A stretch of DNA of 53,126 bases from a virus (taxonomy: Duplodnaviria; Caudoviricetes), in IMG/VR virus record IMGVR_UViG_3300023059_000274, positions 1-53,126 of that record. One strand, given 5' to 3'. Of this stretch, positions 35,002-45,880 are shown piece after piece. Numbering within the stretch: the first letter of the stretch is position 1; each line of letters starts with the position of its first letter. A program made the position numbers and the translations under genes. Under the pieces are notes generated by a model. That model saw only the letters and a list, made by a program, of their open reading frames with translations, was not told the DNA's origin and made no database searches.

Positions 35002-37724
35002 TGAAGATCCAGGTTAAAAGAAAAGCAGTTGATACGGTTATGTTGCTGTTAAATCAATCAACATTCAACAAGAAATTGATGGGTGAACATAATATTGCGT
35101 TTTCATTTGTGAGTGTTTCAAAGCTTGATCTACGAATAGGGGATACCATAACATACAAAGGAGAGCTTCTCACTATTAATCAAGAACCGAATTTAAAGCG
35201 TGATCATCTTTACCAATATGATGTAGTTTTTGAAGGACATAGACACACATTGTCTCGCTTTATCCTAAAGGACGAAGTAGCATTTACATTTAGCTACACA
35301 GGTCAACCTGACGATTTCATGGCTATGTTCCTGGAAAGTGTAAATACCGTTGATCCAGGTTGGACATTAGGTGAGACTGAAGAATTAGAAGATGTAACAA
35401 TCGATTTTGATAAGGTTGATTGCTTATCTGCATTAACAATGATCGCACAGGCTTTCGAGGCTGAGTGGGATATTAAAGGTAAAGTGATTTCACTTAAGAA
35501 GACAGTCGGAGTTGCAAAAGATTTTCCTGTTTCCTATGGAATGGGCAATGGTCTTTATTCACTCACACGCCAATCAATCAACGATAAAGTGATAGTTACT
35601 CGTGCTTATGGTGTTGGAGGTGATAAAAATCTTCCTGAAGGCGTGATCGGAAATTTAAAGCTTAATGATTATATAGAAAACAATGTTGGTCTATACGGTA
35701 TCAGAGAAGGCATTTTTGAAGATGAAGAAATCTATCCGAAAAGAACCGGTACTGCTACTGCAGTTTCACAAAGCAGTGAGGAAATCTTTACCTTAACAGA
35801 CACTTCAATCGATTTTGATTTGAACGGTCAGTTGGTTCAAGGTGAAACAGCTAAGATTGTTTTTAAATCAGGATCCTTAAACGGTAATGAATTTGAGATT
35901 ACAAGTTATAACCATGCTACCAAAACAATTCGCTACAAGGCAAATAAAGATAGTAACGGTAATTTCTTTCCTTTCGGTGTAACTGTCGCTGAAATAGGAG
36001 ATAAATACACTCTAGTAGGTATTAGAATGCCACAAAATTATATTGATGCTGCTTATGCAGAATTGACAGAAGGAAGGCTTAAATATCTAACTGGCAACTC
36101 AGCGCCTAGAGTAGTTTATGATTTGGAGTTAGATCTTCTTGAACTAAAACGCCGCGAGACATTGCCAGATGCAGGTGATATCATACCAGTTACTGATTCA
36201 GAGCTTGGAGTAAATGCAAATATAAGAGTTACAAGCGTTTCATATCCCGGGCATTACCCCGATGTGCTAGAAAATGGAATGGCATTCACCGCGGAGGTAG
36301 GTAATGAGGTGACTTATACACTCATTCAAAAGATTCAGAACGATGTAAAAGATCAAAAAGAAGTCGTTACCCAGTACTCAAAGCAAAGTTGGGAAAATGA
36401 TCGTCGCAATGCCCAAGCATTAAAAGAGTTTATCGGAAAGGTATTAGATCCTGATGGCAATCTCGCACAACCTCTTCAGCAGGCTATAGTAGGAATGTTC
36501 GGTACACCTTCTATGTATTACGATCTTGATGGTATTTCCATGTCGGTGAATGATGGTGGTGATCCAAATGCTTTTGCTATGACGGCAGGTAGATTAATCC
36601 ATCGTGTTTTCAAAATTAATGGACTTCCTAATGGTTATATCTGGAATCTCGATCCTTATGCTATTACTGGGCTTAATCCTTTGAAAAGCTATTATCTAGC
36701 TGCTAAATGTAGTAAGACCTCATTAACTGGCGAATGGGTTCTCACTGAAACACAATTCCCGACAGAAGGAGACGTGCCTTACTGGTATTTCAATTTCGGG
36801 ATCCTATCGTCAGTACTCGAAGGTGTAAGGTCCTTTCGCGCAACTAAAGGCTTTACAGTTATCAGTGGTGGTCAAATTGAAACTGATGTTATTACCGCTT
36901 TTATGATTAACGTTAAGCGTCTATTTGCGCAATTGATCACCGTTGGATCTGATGGTTTTGTCAACGCAGGTATTTCTGGATTGGCAGATATAGGGAATTT
37001 GTCACAGCGGTTTTGGGCTGGAGCAACAGAACAGAATAGGTATAATGCTCCTTTCCAAGTGCTCAATGATGGATCAATGAGAGCTCTCAAAGGAAAAGTC
37101 GGAAATTTCAATATAAATGAAACTTCATTAAGTATTGGAAGCGAAGATACTTGGGCAGCCTTTATGCAATCCGTCTTTCTTTATGGAGATTATTTTCTTT
37201 TGAGAGATAATGGCGCTGTATCAGGGCAACGTCGAGAGCTTTCTTGGAATTTGTATAAAGATCAACAAGGATTTCCCTTGGCTTCTGCCGTCTCCATTTT
37301 TAATACAATGGATAAATCATCTGAGAGTGGTTACACGAACATTGGATTAGAAATTGAAGCTTCAGGAGCATCTCATAATTATGCACTTTACGTAAGTAAG
37401 GGAGCAATCAGAGCCAAAGCAATAATCCATGATTTCCAAGAAATAACAGGAACGAACCAAACTATTGATGCTGAATACTCGCGTGTGCTCATAAACTCAG
37501 GTGTAATTGCAGGTGATCTAAGTTTACCCTTTTACGCAAAAAAAGGATATGAAGTCACGATTAAGAACATAAGTGAAAATGACTTCTTTTTAAAATCAAA
37601 CAATGGTAGCATCATTCAAGCGGATGGATCTGCCACAACAACCAATACTTTCAAAAGATGGGCTGTAAAGACTTTCTTTTTTAACGGACAGTATTGGTTC
37701 GAAACATTTAATAATTCACAATAA
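35001..37724 (+). CDS. Tail tip / baseplate hub protein
   Basis: 907 aa; SYGMGNGLY, TRAYGVGGDKNLP, EEIYPKRTGT. Confidence 0.8.
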   Translation: MKIQVKRKAVDTVMLLLNQSTFNKKLMGEHNIAFSFVSVSKLDLRIGDTITYKGELLTINQEPNLKRDHLYQYDVVFEGHRHTLSRFILKDEVAFTFSYTGQPDDFMAMFLESVNTVDPGWTLGETEELEDVTIDFDKVDCLSALTMIAQAFEAEWDIKGKVISLKKTVGVAKDFPVSYGMGNGLYSLTRQSINDKVIVTRAYGVGGDKNLPEGVIGNLKLNDYIENNVGLYGIREGIFEDEEIYPKRTGTATAVSQSSEEIFTLTDTSIDFDLNGQLVQGETAKIVFKSGSLNGNEFEITSYNHATKTIRYKANKDSNGNFFPFGVTVAEIGDKYTLVGIRMPQNYIDAAYAELTEGRLKYLTGNSAPRVVYDLELDLLELKRRETLPDAGDIIPVTDSELGVNANIRVTSVSYPGHYPDVLENGMAFTAEVGNEVTYTLIQKIQNDVKDQKEVVTQYSKQSWENDRRNAQALKEFIGKVLDPDGNLAQPLQQAIVGMFGTPSMYYDLDGISMSVNDGGDPNAFAMTAGRLIHRVFKINGLPNGYIWNLDPYAITGLNPLKSYYLAAKCSKTSLTGEWVLTETQFPTEGDVPYWYFNFGILSSVLEGVRSFRATKGFTVISGGQIETDVITAFMINVKRLFAQLITVGSDGFVNAGISGLADIGNLSQRFWAGATEQNRYNAPFQVLNDGSMRALKGKVGNFNINETSLSIGSEDTWAAFMQSVFLYGDYFLLRDNGAVSGQRRELSWNLYKDQQGFPLASAVSIFNTMDKSSESGYTNIGLEIEASGASHNYALYVSKGAIRAKAIIHDFQEITGTNQTIDAEYSRVLINSGVIAGDLSLPFYAKKGYEVTIKNISENDFFLKSNNGSIIQADGSATTTNTFKRWAVKTFFFNGQYWFETFNNSQ

Positions 37725-37742
37725 TAAATAATAAATAATAAA

Positions 37743-40052
37743 ATGGCAGAAAAAGAGGAAAAAAAAGACATATGGCCTAGTAGTTTTGCAGAGGCAAAAT
37801 CTGTGAATGATTTCGATTTTTTAATGACAGGTAAAGATGGTGGACCTATCACTAAAATACCAAAATCAAGATTAAGCGAAGTAATAGGGGTTGTTGGAGA
37901 ATCAATGATAGCAATTAAAGGAGGTACTTCAATCGCTACAGCGGTGGTATTACCTGCAGGGCCAACTGGACATAATAGGTTTTTTGATGCTAGTTCAGGA
38001 TACTGGAAATATAATAATGTGGTATTGAAAAATCCTAACGGGACTGATGGCATACCTCAGGGAAATGAAGGTGTACTTTATTGGAGTGGAGATTCCACAT
38101 CTCCATTTTGGAGTATAAGCAAGATGCAAGAGTTGCCGGTAAGCGCTGCGTCGGATGAAATAGTAAAGGATGGTACAGAACCAGCCAGTACTGGGGCAGT
38201 ATATAATTTAAAAGAGCGTACAGACTACGGATTTACTACGGCCCCTAAGTTTGTTATGTTAAAAGATACCGGATTTGACGGTACGTTAGAATACGAGACA
38301 GGTAGTATACTTGGTTGGGGTGAAAATCTAGGCAAAGCACAGAATTTCTCTGCTCTTTATCTTCCAAAATTTAAATATTCTCAAGCAGATCATCCAATTA
38401 CGAGAATAAGACTATTACTTAGAGAAAATACTTTTACCGGTGCTGTTTTGTGGGAGGGATTTGTGGATTTTGATGGTAATTTGAATGAAGAAAAATCAGT
38501 TCTTTTTGTATTCCCTGAGATAGCAAACCTAGCCAATAACAATATCTGGGCTGAAATTCATGCAAATGGCAGGATGCCTCGATATGGAGCAACTACAGCA
38601 GTTGATGCAAAATTTACCACATCGACTAACATCAATATCAGATTTAGTACGGCTAGTTCGGTAGTAGCGGATGGCAGAGGATTCTACATGCAGCTTGGAA
38701 ATACAGAAACTGAAATAATGCCAAGCGCAAAATTGATACAGGACATTGCCGATAACCTGCCAACCAAAAATCCAAATTGGGCTGACATAGTAATCCCATC
38801 TGTTATAACTGCTGTAAAGGGTATTGAGACAAATATCTATTTTAATAGTATTATTTATTCTAATGTATCGCTTGATATGTTGGATATTGATGTAAATGGA
38901 TCAGCTGGTCGTCACATGAGCGATAAGATATGGGTGCTTTCAACACAAGAAGCAGGAACATTCCCATTGACAATTTCCGTTTCATACAATGGGACATTAT
39001 TAGCTACCAAGGATTTTAGTTTAGTTGTGAGCAATGGTGCAACAGCGGGGGATATTTCCGCTGTATGTATCAGTGATTCTACATTAGGACAGGATGGAAG
39101 GGTTCAATCTCCAGTATTGAAGGTAATAAGCGATAAGTTTAATACTGATGCTTTAAAAGTTACATTCAAGGGGACTCAAGGGACAGCACCAACAAATAAC
39201 GAAGGTCGTCCAGGATGGAAGGTCTTAGATTTTACTACTGCTGGGCGAACATTTTACAAGTTCATTGTGAGTGGGGTTATTGGTATACCTAATCTCGGAT
39301 CTACTTACACCAACAACGGAAGTACATTCATTGTAGTAGAAACTAATGTTACATCAGGGACTGGATATTTTTCTTGTGAACGTACTGCAGGAACAAACTT
39401 GCCTAATGCATCAGGTATATTGACGAAAGCAAGCGGGCTTGGTGATACATCGATATCATATAGCAGTTATTCAACTGCTGTAGGCAATCCTCTATGGAAT
39501 ACAGTGACAAACCAGGTTGACTTTGCAAAATTTCTAACGGACAATAGTATTTCATTAGTCGCTAACGATTGGGTGCCAATTCACTTAGGTATCAATGATA
39601 TATTCGGATCATTAACCGATACAGAAATTAATGTTGTTGTAACAGATCGGATTGCCAAAATGGAAATTTTAGTTAACTCCATCAGAAGCGCAGTATCGGG
39701 AATAAAGGTTGGGATTGCGATCACTATTCCTCCAACAATATCACAGGATGCCTTTGGTGTGGCTTATTACAATGGTCAAACTTTAAATAGGTATCTAAAG
39801 AATCTAAGAGTATGGCAAAAAGCCTTACTGTCGAAATTTGACACTCCTGAAATGCGAGTTAATAAGGTGTTTATACTCAACTACAATTGTGTGGTTGACC
39901 GGATCTACAATTTTCCTAAAGTAGTTCAGGATGCCAATTCTAGAAATACCGTGGACAAGGTAACAAGGTATACTAACGGTGTACATCCTGCAGATTCAGG
40001 CTATGAGCAAATGGGAGACAGCCTTTGGTCAATGTTTAAAGTTTGGGGATAA
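37743..40052 (+). CDS. Tail fibre / receptor-binding protein with C-terminal SGNH hydrolase domain
   Basis: SGNH blocks ISDST, EGRPGW, LGINDI, NGVHP..SGY. Confidence 0.75.
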   Translation: MAEKEEKKDIWPSSFAEAKSVNDFDFLMTGKDGGPITKIPKSRLSEVIGVVGESMIAIKGGTSIATAVVLPAGPTGHNRFFDASSGYWKYNNVVLKNPNGTDGIPQGNEGVLYWSGDSTSPFWSISKMQELPVSAASDEIVKDGTEPASTGAVYNLKERTDYGFTTAPKFVMLKDTGFDGTLEYETGSILGWGENLGKAQNFSALYLPKFKYSQADHPITRIRLLLRENTFTGAVLWEGFVDFDGNLNEEKSVLFVFPEIANLANNNIWAEIHANGRMPRYGATTAVDAKFTTSTNINIRFSTASSVVADGRGFYMQLGNTETEIMPSAKLIQDIADNLPTKNPNWADIVIPSVITAVKGIETNIYFNSIIYSNVSLDMLDIDVNGSAGRHMSDKIWVLSTQEAGTFPLTISVSYNGTLLATKDFSLVVSNGATAGDISAVCISDSTLGQDGRVQSPVLKVISDKFNTDALKVTFKGTQGTAPTNNEGRPGWKVLDFTTAGRTFYKFIVSGVIGIPNLGSTYTNNGSTFIVVETNVTSGTGYFSCERTAGTNLPNASGILTKASGLGDTSISYSSYSTAVGNPLWNTVTNQVDFAKFLTDNSISLVANDWVPIHLGINDIFGSLTDTEINVVVTDRIAKMEILVNSIRSAVSGIKVGIAITIPPTISQDAFGVAYYNGQTLNRYLKNLRVWQKALLSKFDTPEMRVNKVFILNYNCVVDRIYNFPKVVQDANSRNTVDKVTRYTNGVHPADSGYEQMGDSLWSMFKVWG

Positions 40053-40070
40053 ATGAGATAATAACGTATT

Positions 40071-40097
40071 AGGAGTAGTGTCATTGGCTACTCCTTT
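40071..40097 (+). terminator. Hairpin after the tail fibre gene
   Basis: AGGAGTAG / CTACTCCT followed by a short T run. Confidence 0.5.
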
Positions 40098-40117
40098 AAA
40101 AATAAGAAGGAAATAAG

Positions 40118-40570
40118 ATGAAAATAGGACAAAAAGGCTTAGCCTTAATTAAAGAATTCGAGGGATGGTATAGTGAGCCATACCTCGATCCGGTAGGTAT
40201 TGCAACAATAGGTTATGGATTTACTTACTATTTGCCTGGTCGCAAAAAAGTGACCATGAAAGATAAGCCATTGAGAAGGGCGGAAGGTGATCCGATGTTA
40301 AAGGAGATACTAACCAATTACGAAAACGATGTGTTGCGTATGGTAAAAAAAACTCTTACACAAAATCAGTTTGATGCGCTGGTAAGTTTTACGTTCAATT
40401 TAGGAGGTGATAATTTAAGTAAATCAACCCTCTTGAAAAAAGTAAATATAAATCCCAATGATTCTACTATCGCAGCTGAATTTCCAAAATGGAATAAAGC
40501 TGGAGGAAAAGTATTACCAGGTTTAGTAAGGAGAAGAAAGGCCGAGGCAGATTTATATTTTACTAAGTAG
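40118..40570 (+). CDS. Endolysin, GH24 phage lysozyme
   Basis: IKEFEG...YLDPVGIATIGYG; QNQFDALVSFTFNLG; GLVRRRKAE. Confidence 0.95.
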   Translation: MKIGQKGLALIKEFEGWYSEPYLDPVGIATIGYGFTYYLPGRKKVTMKDKPLRRAEGDPMLKEILTNYENDVLRMVKKTLTQNQFDALVSFTFNLGGDNLSKSTLLKKVNINPNDSTIAAEFPKWNKAGGKVLPGLVRRRKAEADLYFTK

Positions 40571-40571
40571 T

Positions 40572-41003
40572 ATGGAGCAATTTTTACAAGAACATGTACT
40601 ACCCAATCTTTGGGGAGCTTTAGCAACAGTAGGTGGAGCTATTTGGTTATGGTGGAGATCAAAGCCGAAAGAACGAATTGAAAATGATGGTGGAATTGTT
40701 GAAAATGCTAAAAAAGTATTAGAGATGTCTGAGGGCATAACCGACCGATTAGAAAAACAATTAGAAGCTTCAGACGGCATTATCACTGCATTAAAAGAAA
40801 AGCTTCAAATTGCTATAGAAGGTGAAAACACATGTAAAAAAGCATTAAAGGCCATAAAAGAAGAATATTCAAATTTCAAGAGGCTATTTAATGAGCAACG
40901 GATCGAAGTTGAGGCCTTAAAAGAAGAATGTAGGCTTTTACGTATAACAATAGAAAACAATGAAAAAACTGATAGTATTACTAACAATCTGCACTCTAAT
41001 TAA
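40572..41003 (+). CDS. Holin-like or i-spanin-like protein (1 TM + coiled coil)
   Basis: N-terminal TM and coiled coil; next to the endolysin. Confidence 0.55.
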   Translation: MEQFLQEHVLPNLWGALATVGGAIWLWWRSKPKERIENDGGIVENAKKVLEMSEGITDRLEKQLEASDGIITALKEKLQIAIEGENTCKKALKAIKEEYSNFKRLFNEQRIEVEALKEECRLLRITIENNEKTDSITNNLHSN

Positions 41004-41451
41004 TGGGTGCGGATTATTCAGAAAGAAAACTGTAATCCGAGATTCTGCAGTATTTGAACATAAATCAATTGTTACGGAATCAAAGAAAGATAGGTTAAAT
41101 CTTATTGAGAAGGAGGCTCAAAAAGCTATTTCTATTACAGATGATAAGACTAAAATTACGCTTCAAGTAAAAGGAAGTGTAGTAGAAATGACTTCCAGTG
41201 GTTTTAATTGTAAAGATTGTGAGGTTATTCAATCTCATAATAATGATGTAAAAAGTCACATTGACAGTTCTTATTTTCATAGCAGTGGTATTGAATACTT
41301 TAGAGATTCTAGTGTTTTAACTGATGATGTCTTTAAGGATGAGACAAAGTATAGTAAAACTGTTAATAAACCAGAGTGGCGTATTTTTATATGGTTATCC
41401 TTAGCAGTTGTTGTAGTTGCCATAGGCATCTTTTACACTTTAAGGAAATAA
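40960..41451 (+). CDS. Putative unimolecular spanin
   Basis: N-terminal lipobox (INGC) plus C-terminal TM; in the lysis cassette. Confidence 0.65.
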   Translation: MKKLIVLLTICTLINGCGLFRKKTVIRDSAVFEHKSIVTESKKDRLNLIEKEAQKAISITDDKTKITLQVKGSVVEMTSSGFNCKDCEVIQSHNNDVKSHIDSSYFHSSGIEYFRDSSVLTDDVFKDETKYSKTVNKPEWRIFIWLSLAVVVVAIGIFYTLRK

Positions 41452-41497
41452 TAATATATGGTGACTCTTGTAACACCAAGAATCACCATATATTATT
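41450..41497. terminator. Bidirectional terminator at the end of the late operon
   Basis: AATAATATATGGTGA...TCACCATATATTATT. Confidence 0.75.
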
Positions 41498-41556
41498 CTA
41501 TATCTAAAAGAGAGGACTAATTATTTTTTATTTCACTTATGCGCTTTGTTTAAGGA

Positions 41557-43356
41557 TTATATTTTATTAATTATTTTTTTAATAGTCTCGAATAGCGGAA
41601 TAAACGCAATAAAATCTTCTTTTTTTAATAACTTAGCATTTTCTGCGAAAATTCGTTTTTTTCCCTGAAATTTGTACGAAAAACCTCCACCAATTACTGT
41701 ATCTTTTTCAAAGTGATTTGTTCTAAAGTTAGGAGCATTAAATAATAAATGTTCAATTGTTAGAACCGATTCATGTTTGAAAGTGGTATTACCACTTTTT
41801 ATTACTTGTTTTTTGATCTCGTCTATATCAGGCACAGGTAGAAGCATTGCATAAGCATTTTTGTTATTAGATTTAGTTAAACATTGAAAAGGATCTTGTT
41901 CGATATTGTTCTCAAATTTTAGATCCTTCCAAGAATTATAACCCTCTGCATCAAAATCGAAAAGGGCAATCATAATTTTTTCAGAATACAATTCGAATAT
42001 GCCATTTTGGCTGTCACCTCCTCGTTTAAAAAGATTTTTAAGAAATCCAGCGTCAAAACAATCTTGAATTAAAAATGGTTGTGATACTTCAGGATAAAGT
42101 TTTTCCCAAGCGGTGTTAATTATTATTTTATCTGTTATACCTTCTGTAAATAATACGGGCATATCAGTTGAGCTAAGGGCATATTCAATACCTAAATTTA
42201 CGTCGTCTATTGTCACCGTAATCAAGCCATCAGTTAAATGCTTAATAACTTTACTTGTATCTTCCTTAATTGGATAGCCTAAATCTCTATCCATTCTATA
42301 TACAGAATCTGCAGGAGCAAATGCTATAGTTGACGGCGAATGGGTAGTCATAATTACTTTAACATGTTGTTTTTCAACAATAATGTTTTTTATTACTGAC
42401 ATAAATTTGTGTGCAAGGGAGGGGTGCAGATGGGCATCAGGTTCATCAAACAATATTACTTCAGGGAATTTTCCATTAGATGTTGAATGATATATTGCGA
42501 AGATTAAATTTAATATTGTTTTTTCACCAGAGGATAGCGATTCCAATCTTGTATCCGTAACATCGTTTTTTAGATCTTTCAATAAGACATTTGACGGAAC
42601 TTCATCGTTATTCGAAGGTTTATATTCTATTCTGTAGTTATAATAGACATCTTCTAAAATATTATTAAAAACATCCCATGGAGGAAGAATATCTTTAGTT
42701 AAAACAGGATAGTGCTTATGTTTAAGATGAAATTGATGAAATAATAGATCAATAGACGAGGAGAAAAGCTCTGTCAACACCGGATAAAACATTAGATAAT
42801 CAGAAAAATTTATTTGTTCAATTTTTTTTCCGGTCTGTTTTGCGAGAAGTTTTAGTTTATTAATTTGATCAGTATTTACTTTAATTACATCTTTTGGGGA
42901 AAATGAGTTTTTATTTATGTGGAGATTTTGAGCTAAATTTAAAATTAATCTATTTAATTCAATTGCTTCTTCTTCAATTGTAAAGGTTTTAGAAGGCAGT
43001 AAACTATAGGCAAAAACAATCGGATTTAACGCATTCCATTGCTCTCTAATTAATTGTGATATTGGTACACCCTGTATTACGCCATTATCATAAGGAATTA
43101 TTCCTGGTTGCGTAAAGACAATATCTTCTAATTCTTTGCCATCATCATTTGTTATTGGGTAATGACTTAATCCGTCTACAGTAATTGTACCATAAGGAAT
43201 CATACCATGTTTAATTCCTGTTGTTTGTGCGTAAATAAAATCTAAAAACTGTGTTTTACCAGCACCATTTTCACCGGTCAATACAGTTAAATCTGGTAAA
43301 AAAATACCATTTTTTTCTTGTAAAATTTTGTAATTACTTGATAGGTTAATAATCAT
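41557..43356 (-). CDS. ABC-ATPase + TOPRIM protein (OLD / GajA-like nuclease), likely anti-phage
   Basis: GENGAGKT, LSSGEK, ILFDEPD, MTTHSP; TOPRIM FTEGITD and FDFD. Confidence 0.85.
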   Translation of the reverse strand: MIINLSSNYKILQEKNGIFLPDLTVLTGENGAGKTQFLDFIYAQTTGIKHGMIPYGTITVDGLSHYPITNDDGKELEDIVFTQPGIIPYDNGVIQGVPISQLIREQWNALNPIVFAYSLLPSKTFTIEEEAIELNRLILNLAQNLHINKNSFSPKDVIKVNTDQINKLKLLAKQTGKKIEQINFSDYLMFYPVLTELFSSSIDLLFHQFHLKHKHYPVLTKDILPPWDVFNNILEDVYYNYRIEYKPSNNDEVPSNVLLKDLKNDVTDTRLESLSSGEKTILNLIFAIYHSTSNGKFPEVILFDEPDAHLHPSLAHKFMSVIKNIIVEKQHVKVIMTTHSPSTIAFAPADSVYRMDRDLGYPIKEDTSKVIKHLTDGLITVTIDDVNLGIEYALSSTDMPVLFTEGITDKIIINTAWEKLYPEVSQPFLIQDCFDAGFLKNLFKRGGDSQNGIFELYSEKIMIALFDFDAEGYNSWKDLKFENNIEQDPFQCLTKSNNKNAYAMLLPVPDIDEIKKQVIKSGNTTFKHESVLTIEHLLFNAPNFRTNHFEKDTVIGGGFSYKFQGKKRIFAENAKLLKKEDFIAFIPLFETIKKIINKI

Positions 43357-44105
43357 TGAAAATATATTTGTCAGTTTTATTATTTTAAGGTAAATATAAT
43401 ATTTTTAATAATATAAATAAAAAGATAAGGTTTTTTATAATATATGGATTGATTAACTTACGTAGTTATATCGAATTTAAATTATAATTTTTTTTCTTCC
43501 TCATAAATTTCTTTCAATGCCAAAATTATAGTCTGCGCTAGATCTTCCTTCATATTCCCATAAGCTAAGTGAAAGTCACCTTCAACATACTTTCTAAAAT
43601 AAAGACATTCCATTATAAGCAATTCCAAAGGATGTTTTTTCTAATTGAATTGGAGGTTGAATAGTTTTGGTGGGATTTTTTGGCTTTATTGCTTTGAGAT
43701 GTAAAAAAGAAGATATTTTTAAATAAATCGAGATGGTCAGATGTAAACACGAATAATACAAGTAAATGAAACAATAATTGATAGACCTTTTTCAATTAGA
43801 AATATCAATTTTTCATTGAGACAAAGGCGTATAATATGTCTATTAGTAATTATTTAAATAAATTATCCAAAAAAAATTTACACATGAAAACAAAAACTAA
43901 AAAAGTTATTTTTACAAATAACAAAGCAAATCCAGAAATTACTCTTGAATATAAAAAATATTTTCTTTTTTTAGAAAAAATAGACGGTGAATTATTATGG
44001 AAATACAGGAACTTCCTAACATTCATGAGAATTTAGATACTTTATGTAAGTCTTTAAATAAAAGATTTGGTGTAAAACCAAAATTTTAAATTTCGGCTAT
44101 AAAAA

Positions 44106-44133
44106 TTAAAGGTGTCGTATTCGACACCTTTAA
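44106..44133. terminator. Terminator hairpin
   Basis: TTAAAGGTGTCG / CGACACCTTTAA. Confidence 0.7.
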
Positions 44134-44143
44134 AAAGTGCTAA

Positions 44144-44677
44144 TTAAGCACTTTTTGATATTTTTATTATTGAATCAAGTGGTATTTCTGTTAGTTCAAT
44201 TTTTTTAAGAATATCTTCTACTTTTTTACCTTTTATACATATATTATCAATATATATTATAATAAATTTTTTATAAATATTTGGAGTCTGATCTACTTCT
44301 ATATCAACTGGGATATTGTTTTCAAAATCATTCTCTGATTTATCATTTAATACAATAAATCCAATTTTTATTTTTTCAAGCTCAGCTATTATCTGAGGGA
44401 AATTTCTTAAAAAATATTTTTCGGTAAATATTCCATCATCAATGATTCCATTAATATACGGATTTGAAGTTAATACCGAATCAAGCAATGATTTTAATTC
44501 ATTGTTTGAATGTATATAATTGCAGTATTTATTTAATAAATATTCTCTAGTATCTCTACTTTCTCGTTTTTTCACAACACTCTTTTCATTAGGGTCGTCA
44601 AGGCAATTTGTATACATATTCAAGTTGTTTTTTAATTCAACTATATGGCTTTCTATTTCTTTTAAATTCATTGTCAA
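44144..44677 (-). CDS. Hypothetical protein
   Basis: 177 aa AT-rich ORF followed by a terminator. Confidence 0.65.
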   Translation of the reverse strand: MTMNLKEIESHIVELKNNLNMYTNCLDDPNEKSVVKKRESRDTREYLLNKYCNYIHSNNELKSLLDSVLTSNPYINGIIDDGIFTEKYFLRNFPQIIAELEKIKIGFIVLNDKSENDFENNIPVDIEVDQTPNIYKKFIIIYIDNICIKGKKVEDILKKIELTEIPLDSIIKISKSA

Positions 44678-44833
44678 ATATAGCTTAAACAGCTAATAAA
44701 GTCAATCTTATCAAGTATTTATTACTTATTTAACTTAATTGTTTTGCTTCCCTTTTTTATTTACTATAATTTTTAGTATTAATTTAGTTTGAAATTAGTA
44801 TTTTTAAATCTAATTTTGAATAAATTTAAAATT

Positions 44834-45154
44834 ATGCAACCGTGGAGAGTAAAAGATAAAAAAGAAATTCCAGCTGAAGTGACTTCTTTGCACCGTTTTG
44901 CAATTCAGAATAACTGCTGGATCTATCATGATGTTTCTCGGATATTTTATACACCTGAAGAGTTCTTAGAGAAATGGGAGCGGATATATAAAGAGGAGCA
45001 TACAGGCTTAAGTAATATTAAGGAATTTGTAGTAAAAAGTCCTTACGCTGCTATTAAACAAAGAGCAGGGTGGATAAAAAGGGCAAGTGAGGAGCTTCAA
45101 GCCTTATTGATAAAGCTTGAAGATTATGATAAAACTTTCAAACCACCTAAATAG
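44834..45154 (+). CDS. Hypothetical protein (start probably MQPWRV)
   Basis: FYTPEEF-containing ORF; the upstream TTG extension is low-complexity. Confidence 0.65.
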   Translation: MQPWRVKDKKEIPAEVTSLHRFAIQNNCWIYHDVSRIFYTPEEFLEKWERIYKEEHTGLSNIKEFVVKSPYAAIKQRAGWIKRASEELQALLIKLEDYDKTFKPPK

Positions 45155-45835
45155 CCCTTTGAATGTCGGGGTGATTGGTGTCTGTAAGCTTTGGATCTGT
45201 TACTCGGACAACTTGATGACTACCTAGTTCGCCATCGTAAGGATTCATCAATTTAACGATATCGTCTTTATTGGTGGCATGTAACCAGGCATCTTCATCT
45301 TTTTGAGAAATAATAAGGGGCATACGTTTCTTTTCATTGTGAATTTCAGCAAGTAGGGGATTGGCTTCAGTGTGATTATCGAGAATGTTGGATAAGTTTC
45401 TCCAGTCTCATAGTCTTTGAAATCGCTGAATACAATGCCAAGGGTGAAAATCTCTTTAGTAGGAGTGTATATGTAATAATTTTCGGTGTCTTTTTTACCA
45501 GAAACTTTATGAGGCTCATAAAAGCCATTAACGTATAATAGACCCCGATTTTTAGTAATGTAGTTCTTATATGATGCTTTCTCGAAGATGGTACCAGAAT
45601 CAGCATTTAATGTGTTAGCGTATTTTTTAGCATCATCCTCTGTTTTTACCCAAAATGGAATTAATTTCCAGCGAGCCTGAACAATCTTATCATCCTGATT
45701 GTTAAGTGTTACCGGTAAGTAAGGACGAGCGAAACCAGAGACGTGATAAATTTCTGATCCTTCAAAGATAACCTCTTTCTCAGGTCTTGCTTTCTTTAGG
45801 TAGGTAATGTCCGGTGTGGATACATGATAGCACAT
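45147..45835 (-). pseudogene. SRAP (SOS-response-associated peptidase, YedK/HMCES-like) with a 1-bp frameshift near 45371
   Basis: Starts MCY (Cys2), WKLIPFW, TLNA, GFYE, FSIIT; continues in another frame as TEANPLLAEIHNEKKRMPLII...QRAI*. Confidence 0.85.
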
Positions 45836-45880
45836 AATACAATAGTTTAAATGTTTAACAATTTTAAAACTTATATGTTT

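Noticed and set aside
43450-44036. ORFs 43613..43795 and 43836..44036 and nearby fragments
   Set aside because: Extremely AT-rich and short, with no motifs. They may be remnants but cannot be supported.
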